Both the position numbers and the translations under genes were made by a program. A stretch of DNA of 64,000 nucleotides, taken from positions 72,455,781-72,519,780 of the forward strand of contig NC_068985.1 in assembly GCF_001194135.2 (NCBI RefSeq), in the 5' to 3' direction. Below the pieces are notes generated by a model. It had not been told where the DNA came from. It was given only the letters and a program-made list of their open reading frames with translations, and made no database searches. The DNA is from Octopus bimaculoides (taxonomy: Eukaryota). Shown piece after piece: positions 36,481 through 47,737 of this stretch; within the stretch, counting starts at the first letter, position 1; each line of letters begins with the position of its first letter.

Positions 36481-38171
36481 ATGTCAGACCACGTGGAATG
36501 TTGTGACAGCATCTGTCCGAAAGAAGCTGGAAATTCTACCGAAGGGTAGGTATGTCAGATACATAAACATTATTTTGGGTATCTATGAAGCCAACTAAGA
36601 TTCTTGCACGTAATCACTTCTTCTGCTAAGTAATAAAGCCATATTTTTTTAAGATCATATCTTACCGTTTTATTGTCATAGCTGGATTGGAGGTGAATTA
36701 CCTCAATATATTTTGCTGCGCGTATACGTCAGCTTTGATTTGATANNNNNNNNNNNNNNNNNNNNNNNNNNNNNNNNNNNNNNNNNNNNNNNNNNNNNNN
36801 NNNNNNNNNNNNNNNNNNNNNNNNNNNNNNNNNNNNNNNNNNNNNNNNNNNNNNNNNNNNNNNNNNNNNNNNNNNNNNNNNNNNNNNNNNNNNNNNNNNN
36901 NNNNNNNNNNNNNNNNNNNNNNNNNNNNNNNNNNNNNNNNNNNNNNNNNNNNNNNNNNNNNNNNNNNNNNNNNNNNGCTCTCATAAATCTGAAGCGTAAC
37001 TACACGTAGAATAACAATTACTTGTATCAAGATTACAATTGGTATTGTCAGGCATGTAGCTCAAGTAAACCCACATAGCCTTCATTGATTGCATTCCTAA
37101 ATATTAAGTCCATTAACACTATTGCAACTGATCTTCTCTAAATAACGTTAACCATTAAATAATCTTTTCTAAATTGAAAGGCCTTACCCCCACCCCGACA
37201 TTTTGACATTTAATACGGAAAACCTTCTAATCTGTTATCTTGTTTATATTGAGCCTTCTCTGGTCGACAGGGAAAGTAAGTGCCTGGTTCAAGCTGAAGA
37301 ATATGGTACCAGATTTAACATTAGTGAGTATACAAATATTTTTTTACATGGGCACAAACTTATAAGGGGTTTGGGTTCAACACTTTGTTGCATGTAAGTG
37401 AAATGAGTTCGCTTTAATAGACTAAATATCCAGGTCTTGATTCCCTAAACAATCTATACTCAACAAGGTACATATGCCATTAAATTCAAACAATACTGAA
37501 CTCTTGTATATGATATATGTTACAGTTTGAAAACTTTCACACTCCGCACTACTTTCAAACTCGTCCAAGCTAAAATTTAAATATTGGATTCGTATTCTGT
37601 TAAAACTTAAAATACGGTTAAATTCTAAGAAAATAGGGGTTCTAGTCTGGTTCGAAATTTTTGTTTTACACATTTGTTTTAAACCTGACCCAGAAGGTAT
37701 TTTAAAGTTTTAAATCTGGTTGTCGATTTAGATATCGGAGCTAATACTTTAAACACGAATTATATAAGGCTTACAATTTTACAATTATTAGCCATGCTTA
37801 CTAAATGTAGCTTGTAGCGAACTATTGACAGCAATGTTGTTTGCAAAACGATTACTATCAATGTTTTCGTTTTTATTTTGATACGACCAATTCTCATCAA
37901 CTTTGAACTGATACTTCTACAATATCGACTAACTTATACATTGTCATTACCTTCAACAGAAACTCAGGCGGTGTCCGAAGTTGCTATCCCGATGTTTCCC
38001 AGAAACCCGAAATGGGTAGAATTTTCTCCACCGGTACGCCTTCATGTTAAATATGATATCGATGACAAGGACCCTCTTCGAGCTTTGCTAGCAAAACTGC
38101 CAGATTATAGTGAATCGCAGCTAACTATTTCTCAATGTATACATATTGTTGGTCAAAGAAAGGAAAAATAG
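36481..38171 (+). CDS. Putative 4-exon gene with F-box-like motif (36481-36545, 36682-~37005 spanning a gap, 37271-37323, 37960-38171)
   Basis: GT-AG junctions with consistent phases 2/2/1; GELPQYILLRVYVSFDLI resembles the F-box start LPxEILLxIF; CTAAC branch point before the last exon. Confidence 0.55.
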
Positions 38172-39224
38172 ATCAGGTCTATCATTTGGAAGTTGTTTTT
38201 TTTTGAAGATTGATATATAAAAACAAAAATTAGAATTTTTCTAAATGTCGTTCAGACACTCAAACGTTACTGATCTGAGATGTTAATCTGTATTTTGTAA
38301 TTTTCATAATGTTTTTCACTATGGAATCTTGACTCTTAATTTTATTGAAAGGTTATTTTTCAAAAAGTTGCTGAAATAAAACTGGGAAAAAAGATAAGCG
38401 ACAGAATTAGACTAAATTGGACTAAATGCCTTGCGTTCTTTAGTTACATCACTTAATGTTTCGAGTTCAAATCCTGCCAAAGTCAATATTAATTTTCATC
38501 TTTCGAAGGCCGATAAAATATGCACGTCGGTATAATCAAATGTCTGAAGCATGACTGTAGTCCAATGAATGTAACCAGTAAAAGATCATTGGACACACGA
38601 TGTCATCACTGTAACAGTTCAATACCGAACCCTAAGTTTGAAAACTTATTCTATCGGGAACCAGCTACATCGAAATTTTCTAGAATATTTTTCTCTTGTG
38701 AAAATTGAATTACTGATAAAACAAATTTACACTTATATTTTATTTACTTAATACTGACTTAGTATGCCTAGCATGTTAGACTTAACAATTTAAAGATAAC
38801 CACAGACACCTAATACTCAGTATGTGGTTATTTCTGAAATCTTTCTTTCTCAAATACTAACTCGAGATCCATGCATTGTTGTTTAGCCCCGGGTCAACCA
38901 TTATAGGTATGAGATCAAATGCGTGCCAGTAGTGATGGTTCCGTCTTATTGTACATAAATTGTTAAGGCGCTTGTGATTCGAAGGGATTTACCTGCTATC
39001 GATAGCAGAACAAGCAACTGAAGTCGTCAATTTACTAATATTAAGCTGAAAATAATCGTATCGATATCGAAAAATCTCTGGAGGTTAGTTACCGCCAGGC
39101 TTCCTAGAGTATAAAACATTGTCAGTATGTAACGCTATTCAAAGTCAATTCCTGTGGAGTTTGAATTGGGAAATATTTTACTAAATACTGTGAATCTTTT
39201 ATTCAATGTGACTTTAATATTATC

Positions 39225-39301
39225 AGTGTCTTCTACTGTCGCCTCGGGCCGACCAAAGCCTTGAGTGAATTTGGTCGACAAACTGAAAAGAGCCCGTCGT
39301 G

Positions 39302-39354
<53 letters not shown>

Positions 39355-39625
39355 NNNNNNNNNNNNNNNNNNNNNNNNNNNNNNNNNNNNNNNNNNNNNT
39401 ATATATGTGTGCGTGTGTGTGTGTGTGTGTATTTGTGTTTGTCCCTCCCACCATCGCTTGACAACCGATATTGGTGTATTTACGTCCCTGTAACAAAGCG
39501 GTTCGGCAAAAGAAACCGATAGAATAAGTACTAGGCTTACAGAGAATGTCATGGGGTCGATTAGTTCGACTAAAGGTGGTGCTCCAGCATGGCCGCAGTC
39601 AAATGACTGAAGCAAGTAAAAGAGT
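39225..39625 (+). mobile_element. SINE family A lacking its head, long (AT)n
   Basis: Core and tail motifs. Confidence 0.8.
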
Positions 39626-40813
39626 AATTAAAACCACTTTACAATATATCTATATTTACAATAAACGACTTGTCAGTTCATTAGTGTTTCTTATTCTTAA
39701 AACGTAGATTCCAAAGTCGGGTGGAACTGGAAGCAGTTCTATTGTCTTTATCCTCCAATCCCGATTAGAGATTGGAAAGTTGTAAAAATATGAATAAACA
39801 CAGTAACGATAACGTTAATAGTTGGCGGGGGGTGGGGGTACGAGAATTTCTGAATGAACACTCATCTTTTTGATATTTACTCGCGTTTTAAAAGCGTTTT
39901 AATGACCGAGGTTCAGCGTCTCTCTCTAGATAAATGGTTATGAAACCGACAAATTTCACCCACCACTACCAAAATATAAGCTTTTTTTATTTTATTTTTT
40001 TGCGCTCTCATCATCTTTATAATACAAAACCGTTTGCATTCATAAAATTCTTTTGATTTTCTTTTTCTTCTAACAACAAATTTTAAGCTGAAAATTTTCA
40101 AAAAATGTGCTTTTGACTGGGGATTGGCATACTGCCGATGAATACCGCATTCATTATTTGAAGCATTTAAAGTAATGATTTTATAACCAATGAATTTTAA
40201 GCCACTTTCCTTACAGCGAGAGTCGAAACTCTTTGTTGTCTGCTCTATTNNNNNNNNNNNNNNNNNNNNNNNNNNNNNNNNNNNNNNNNNNNNNNNNNNN
40301 NNNNNNNNNNNNNNNNNNNNNNNNNNNNNNNNNNNNNNNNNNNNNNNNNNNNNNNNNNNNNNNNNNNNNNNNNNNNNNNNNNNNNNNNNNNNNNNNNNNN
40401 NNNNNNNNNNNNNNNNNNNNNNNNNNNNNNNNNNNNNNNNNNNNNNNNNNNNNNNNNNNNNNNNNNNNNNNNNNNNNNNNNNNNNNNNNNNNNNNNNNNN
40501 NNNNNNNNNNNNNNNNNNNNNNNNNNNNNNNNNNNNNNNNNNNNNNNNNNNNNNNNNNNNNNNNNNNNNNNNNNNNNNNNNNNNNNNNNNNNNNNNNNNN
40601 NNNNNNNNNNNNNNNNNNNNNNNNNNNNNNNNNNNNNNNNNNNNNNNNNNNNNNNNNNNNNNNNNNNNNNNNNNNNNNNNNNNNNNNNNNNNNNNNNNNN
40701 NNNNNNNNNNNNNNNNNNNNNNNNNNNNNNNNNNNNNNNNNNNNNNNNNNNNNNNNNNNNNNNNNNNNNNNNNNNNNNNNNNNNNNNNNNNNNNNNNNNN
40801 NNNNNNNNNNNNN

Positions 40814-42122
40814 TAAACGGCTCCAAGTCCCTGAGTTCGATCACTGGTGGCAGCTCGTCGAACATCACCGCTACTCCGGGCGGATCAATTTTATCTCCGC
40901 ACATGTCTTAGTTTTTCGTACGTGTCCCTATCGACCACAATGGCCTTCACATTTTCGGAGTAGACATCTGTTGGTAACTTAATTCTTATAATATGTTTGA
41001 ATTTAAGAATTTTCTTCTCTGTCTCCTTATTTTTTGAGTAAGTTACAAAATTCCAATTGTTTTCCCATCTTCTTGATTTTTTCTCTTCTTCTCCTGTTAC
41101 TGATGTATTTCCTTCTCCAACTCCAAACCATTTCTCCCATTCATCGTCAGATGTTTCAACTCTCGAATCATCTTCCTTCGCTGGGGAAACCTGCGTCATT
41201 ATCGCTGTTCCCTCCTTCTGTAAATTCACCTGTTTAGTAATTGCCTTCTCTCTTTCTTGCTCCGTCACCTCTTCATCTGCCTTCCCTCTGGTTACAGCTT
41301 CCTTTTCCAATTCATCTTTCTTCTTTTTCTGGTTCTCTGGTGGTGAGTTTGTTCTTCCACTCCTTCGTTTTCTTTCCATTACCGTGAATCCCTCCTGCGC
41401 TGTTTTCTTCTGTCTCTGTCTGTACTACCTGGTTCGTGTCTTCCTGTTGGTTCTCTCTGCGGGCATCTCGCCTTCATGTGGCCTTTCTCGCCACATGCAA
41501 AACATGTAGGCGGCCTGCCCTCTACTTTCACTCTTAATTTTTGGTCGTCGGGTAGCGCTATCTCCTCATCAATTCTTTTTAGGTCTTCCACTGTTGCCTG
41601 GATAGTGAGTTCGATCCCATATCCCCAATAATCCACACTTTGTGTTCTTGTGGCCTTCAATATCTTGGCCTCTTCCTTCATATTGTACTTTATTGCCGTC
41701 ATGAGCCATGCTTCATCTAGTTCTAGGGGTAGTTTGCCTATTCGCACTCTGGCCACATGTTTGCCACAGTACGACGGTAACAGCACCCATTCCTCCGATC
41801 GTATAGCTTCCGTAGAGTTCTTAATTGCTTCTATTTCTGTTGCAAAGCGTACCTCCACAGTGGCATATTTTTTTCCTCGAGTTACAAAAGTTGTTTGCTT
41901 TCTGATACCTTTCAGACACTCCTCGATCTCCTCAACTGTCGCGAGCTCTATCCTTCTAGTTGCCACCTTCATGGTTTTAAAAACCACAGTTCTCTTTCTT
42001 ACACCTTCTGTCAGTTCCACAGGCGGTGTCAACGTCAGCGTGTTTCCGACCCTCGCCAGCGACTTCTCACATTCCTTCATCTTCTTCGGATCAACCTTAA
42101 TTTCGATTATTTCCAGTTTTCC
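40814..42122 (-). pseudogene. LINE ORF1-like unit 1 (divergent, two frameshifts)
   Basis: RRM-like region, EGRPPTCFACGEKGHMKARC (CX2CX4HX4C), acidic linker, C-terminal domain; frameshifts near 41450 and 40900. Confidence 0.75.
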
Positions 42123-42716
42123 NNNNNNNNNNNNNNNNNNNNNNNNNNNNNNNNNNNNNNNNNNNNNNNNNNNNNNNNNNNNNNNNNNNNNNNNNNNNNN
42201 NNNNNNNNNNNNNNNNNNNNNNNNNNNNNNNNNNNNNNNNNNNNNNNNNNNNNNNNNNNNNNNNNNNNNNNNNNNNNNNNNNNNNNNNNNNNNNNNNNNN
42301 NNNNNNNNNNNNNNNNNNNNNNNNNNNNNNNNNNNNNNNNNNNNNNNNNNNNNNNNNNNNNNNNNNNNNNNNNNNNNNNNNNNNNNNNNNNNNNNNNNNN
42401 NNNNNNNNNNNNNNNNNNNNNNNNNNNNNNNNNNNNNNNNNNNNNNNNNNNNNNNNNNNNNNNNNNNNNNNNNNNNNNNNNNNNNNNNNNNNNNNNNNNN
42501 NNNNNNNNNNNNNNNNNNNNNNNNNNNNNNNNNNNNNNNNNNNNNNNNNNNNNNNNNNNNNNNNNNNNNNNNNNNNNNNNNNNNNNNNNNNNNNNNNNNN
42601 NNNNNNNNNNNNNNNNNNNNNNNNNNNNNNNNNNNNNNNNNNNNNNNNNNNNNNNNNNNNNNNNNNNNNNNNNNNNNNNNNNNNNNNNNNNNNNNNNNNN
42701 NNNNNNNNNNNNNNNN

Positions 42717-44150
42717 GGTACATAGATCGAATTATGAGATGAAATGAGTAAATTACAATATGATGATGGAATGGCTTACGAGTCCCCCAAAGCTCGCAGT
42801 TTCATTTCAGTTTTCTTATACAGTTCTTATTCTTTCATTATTATGTATGGTTTCAGCTCCTCCACCGTTACGACGCTTGGCAAAGTGTTGTAGCCCACAT
42901 ATAACCCACTTACTTGGAAATTAAATCTGTCTATTTCTCGCAGCTTCTTCGCTATCCATTCCTTCACCACTATTGCTTTTGTTTCATCATCAAACGTTCC
43001 GGGTTCTAATTTCAGTCGCACCAATTCTTTTATCTTAGATATCGTTTTTTCCGTTTCTACACCCTTATTGTAGAAAAGTATTGTTCTAATATTTTAAAAA
43101 TCTACCTTTCCGATTATCCTTCCTTCTGCCTTCGCCTTTTCCTTCTGTTCCTTCAACACAGTCCACCAGTTTAGCCACCTCTCGTGTCTTGTCAACAGTT
43201 TTTCCTGCTTTGTATCTTGGGTTTCAATCTTAGTTACGTTCTGTTTCTCGCTATAATTTCCATCTTTCTTTGTTACGTTCTGTTCCTCGCTATCATTTCC
43301 ATCTTCCATCATCTTTTTATTCTTTTCCCTTTTCTTTGTTTTTGGGGACTTTGGCGGCGATTCAGTCCGCATACGCTTTTTTTCTCCATTCTCCTCAGTC
43401 TCTTCCTGCTTTTCTTCTTCCTGTTCGGTCAGTACCATTTCCTCCTCACAGACCTCTGTTTCTTCTATTTTGCCTTCTTCTACGATTATTTCTCTGCGAG
43501 GACACACCGCTTGCATGTGACCTCTACTTCTGCATTTGTAGCATACTGGTTGCCTTCCCTCCACCACGATCCGTAAACGAGTGTCATCGGGAAGCACTAA
43601 TTCCTCAGCAATGTTGTGCAGGTCCGGTNNNNNNNNNNNNNNNNNNNNNNNNNNNNNNNNNNNNNNNNNNNNNNNNNNNNNNNNNNNNNNNNNNNNNNNN
43701 NNNNNNNNNNNNNNNNNNNNNNNNNNNNNNNNNNNNNNNNNNNNNNNNNNNNNNNNNNNNNNNNNNNNNNNNNNNNNNNNNNNNNNNNNNNNNNNNNNNN
43801 NNNNNNNNNNNNNNNNNNNNNNNNNNNNNNNNNNNNNNNNNNNNNNNNNNNNNNNNNNNNNNNNNNNNNNNNNNNNNNNNNNNNNNNNNNNNNNNNNNNN
43901 NNNNNNNNNNNNNNNNNNNNNNNNNNNNNNNNNNNNNNNNNNNNNNNNNNNNNNNNNNNNNNNCTCCCTCCTTCTTCAAATATTTGAAATGTTTCTTCAA
44001 ATTTTCCATATCTACCTTCACCTCTCTCATTCCCATGTCGCTGATCGGCCTGCCGCTGCTAGCTGCAGCTACGTAGCTGGTAGTCATATTAAACCACCTC
44101 AGCAATGGCTTTCAACAACAAAACAATTCCAACAAAACGGCAACAATATA
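42717..44150 (-). mobile_element. LINE ORF1-like unit 2 (ATG at 44087, MTTSYVAAAS...)
   Basis: EGRQPVCYKCRSRGHMQAVC knuckle; in-frame TAA ending at 43094; middle of the ORF lies in a gap. Confidence 0.75.
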
Positions 44151-45425
44151 ATAACAGGTAAATCTTTATTACAGGCACGATGGCCTCATTTACAAAGAAA
44201 GGGGACATTACAAGGACAGACAACACAAAACGTGGGGTACATAGATCGAATTATGAGATGAAATGAGTAAATTACAATATGATGATGGAATGGGGTACGA
44301 GTCCCCCAAAGCTCACAGTTTTCTTATACAGTTCTTATTCTTTCATTAGTATGTATTGTTTCAGCTCCTCCGCCGTTACGACGCTTGGCAAAGTGTTGTA
44401 GCCCACATATAACCCACTTACTTGGAAATCAAATCTGTCTATTTCTCGCAGCTTCTTCGCTATCCATTCCGCCACCACTATTGCTTTTGTTTCATCATCA
44501 AACGTTCCGGATTCTAATTTCAGTCGTACCAATCCTTTTATCTTAGCTCTCTTTTTTTCCGTTTCTACACCCTTATTGTAGAAAAGTATTGTTCTAATAT
44601 TTTAAAAATCTACCTTTCCGATTATCCTTCCTTCTGCCTTCGCTTTTTCCTGCTGTTCCATCAACACAGTCCACCAGTCTAGCCACCTCTCCTGTCTTGT
44701 CAACTGTTTTTCCTGCTTTGTATCTTGGGTTTCAATCTTAGTTACGTTCTGTTCCTCACTATAATTTCCATCTTTCTTAGTTACGTTCTGTTCCTCGCTA
44801 TAATTTCCATCTTTCTTAGTTACGTTCTGTTCCTCGCTATCATTTCCATCTTCCATCATCTTTTTATTCTTTTCCCTTTTCTTTGTTTTTGGGGACTTTG
44901 GCGGCGATTCAGTCCGCATACGCTTTTTTTCTCCATGCCCCTCAGTCTCTTCCTGCTTTTCTTCTTCCTCTTCCTGTTCGGTCAGTACCATTTCCTCCTC
45001 ACAGACCTCTGTTTCTTCTATTTTGTCTTCTTCTACGATTATTTCTCTGCGAGGACACACCGCTTGCATGTGACCTCTACTTCTGCATTTGTAGCATACT
45101 GGTTGCCTTCCCTCCACCTCGATCCGTAAACGCGTGTCATCGGGAAGCACTAATTCCTCAGCAATGTTGTGCAGGTCCGGTAGGGTAATGTGGACTAGAA
45201 TTTCTACCCCAAAACCCCACCATTCGATTTCTCTCGACCTCTCCACTTTAATGATATCCACCTTGTCTTTGCATTTATATATTACCGCTGACACCAACCA
45301 TTCCATATCTATCTCCAACGGTACTCTACCAATCCTCACTCTTGCCGCCCTTCTACCACAATACACTAGTAAAAGCGCCCATTCTTCCGTACTCAGAGGC
45401 ATAGTAGAGTATTTCTTAGCTCCTT
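44151..45425 (-). mobile_element. LINE ORF1-like unit 3, 5'-truncated
   Basis: Close copy of unit 2 (period about 1520 bp); AATAAA on minus strand at 44165-44170. Confidence 0.78.
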
Positions 45426-47393
45426 GCGAGTTTATGTAGCACCGCAGGTATGAAACATTTCTTTGAAAAGATATCGGAGTGCATAGCTCAATTTCTTTAA
45501 ATTCTTAACGTTCCGCTACATTGTTTTATTTCATAATTTTCTTTTATTGACAGTTCAAATTTTCGTTTCACTTCGACTGTTTTTTTCTAACGGCAGGTCG
45601 AAAGCAAGAGCTGTGACTATGGTAATATTATTTTAATTGTATTTATAAATATTTAAGTGGTTGCAAGAAAGCAAAAAAGCTGTTAAAAAAATTCATTATT
45701 TTATCATTATCTTTAATTTTTCTCAAAAAAAAAAAAATACTTCCTTTTTGTTTGTTTGCTTTCATTAAATTTTCACAGTCCTCTTGTCTTGTTACGATAC
45801 TGTTTTCATGGCAGCAAACAATTTCTACTTGTGAGGACACTGGACTCCTTTCATTGCCTAAAAATATTTATCGTTAAATGTTTCAATCTTCTTTATTCAT
45901 TTTTTTCGAAAAGAAAAAATGAATGCAATATTCGTTACCAGCATGTAAAACTACATCTGTATGGACAATCTGAAAACAAGCTATTGAGAACAGAAAAAAT
46001 CTTCAAGCGGTCAAAAGAAATCGAAGATCCATTCTTCTTGGCCATCATAATTTATTAAAACCATAATTTTATTAAACATTTGAATGCCTTTTTCTCTTTC
46101 TTTGAAGACGCACAACCAGACCGAAACACTGTGGTGTCTCGGAATCTTCTTACTTCAACGAATCAAATAACTTGTGAACGCATAGTCTGAATGTTCTCCG
46201 TAGACAAAATGCTGCCGCATTTAACACATTCACGTTCGAATCAGTAGAAACGTATTAATGAATATCTGAATTATGGTTTATTCTAAAAATATTTCGTTAT
46301 TCTACAAATTCTTTATATACATTCTACAATATATGCATTTACTATTTAATTAATCATTGTTCTATATTTACCATTGTCATTCTTCTGTGAGATTGAATTC
46401 ACTTATCTGCAACTATTTTAGGCTGAGAGGAACGTATAGTTCTCTGGGTTGAACACTGAATTCAGAAGATAGAAACCGCATTCCTTTTTGAATTTCATCC
46501 TTGACTCTTGTTTATCGACACTTTGGAATATCACCTTGAAGGGTTTATTCGATTAAATCGGCTCCAATATTCTATTCCTCTTTTTGCTGAGCCACTGAGT
46601 TACAGAAATGTATACGAATTAATACAACATGTTAAACGGTAAACAGGCACGCCCCCACCTCACATTACTGGCTTTTAACAGTTTCATCAACTGATTTCAA
46701 TCACAAAACATTGGTTGGCCCGGGGCTATAGCAGAAGACACTCGATCAAGGTGCCGTGCAATGGTACTGAAACAAAAACCACATGGTTGCCAAGTGAATT
46801 CCTTAATTACCAACCCATGCCTGTGCCGATATAGTTATTATTTGAACAAAAGTTCAGATGTCACGGGGACGATTTAATTCCCTTATAATTTCGGGTTTGC
46901 TAAACATAACCGGATTTATAGGGGAACAAAAGGGGCATGTCTGATATCGTCCCACCCTTCTGTGACGGTGGTGGTGGAGTTTTTTAACGAGGTGCCTTTC
47001 TGGCAACTTTTGCATGAAAAGGGAACCCCCACAATGCATAGGCATTTATCTCTGAATAGCTTTTTCCTTTTTCTTAAGATTCTCCAGTTAGCTTACTTTG
47101 GGATTGAGTAAATTAACTACATAGTCCAAAAGCAGCTAAATTCCCTTCGGGATAAAATGAGCGGATTGATACAAAAAAAGAATAAAACCAAAGCACTAAT
47201 AAATGATAATCAGTACTAATTATGTCTGTTTATCTATCTACCTACCAATCGATCGAAGTCGTTGTAGTTCTTTTTCTTCCCATGACCAACAAATTTCAAT
47301 TTACTTGCGATTCAGACACGTACACGCAAGTATTGCCACTCTTAAAACTTCATTATTCAGTTCGACATCAAAGTCTTTTGATAGGTTTGTTAG

Positions 47394-47737
47394 GATCTTT
47401 TTTAAAACGGGGGCCACATTTTTCATTAATGTTTTACGTAGTGTTTTTGGTACCGAAAGACTTTCAAACTTCGTATACTTATCTATTTTGTGTTATAGAA
47501 CAGAAAAATATTTTTGTATTCGAATTTATTTCATGTAAAAAATTGTCTTATTTCGATAATTTCAACCAATCACTGACGTCCATTCAGCCGATATACATTA
47601 AGTGCCGACTACATAAACAAACGATTCTTCGTTTTATTTGCTTTTCTCATTTTAAATTTGCTTTAACCCTAACCCTAACCCTAGGTTTAGGGTTAGAGTT
47701 AGGGTTAGGGTTAATTGTTTCAGAATCGTTTGTTTAT
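47394..47737. mobile_element. Rearranged second copy of the 33627-34186 MITE, running into a gap
   Basis: Same TIR and modules in a different order and orientation. Confidence 0.85.

Noticed and set aside
39261-39615. ORFs with YIYI/CVCV/THTH/LSLS/IYLS runs (also 53170-53592, 59230-59504)
   Set aside because: Translations of microsatellites
44741-44850. Short direct repeats as a CRISPR-like array
   Set aside because: Contiguous in-frame coding repeats with no unique spacers, in eukaryotic DNA
41034-45439. Plus-strand Phe/Leu/Ser-rich ORFs that look membrane-like
   Set aside because: Antisense shadows of the Glu/Lys-rich minus-strand ORF1-like frames
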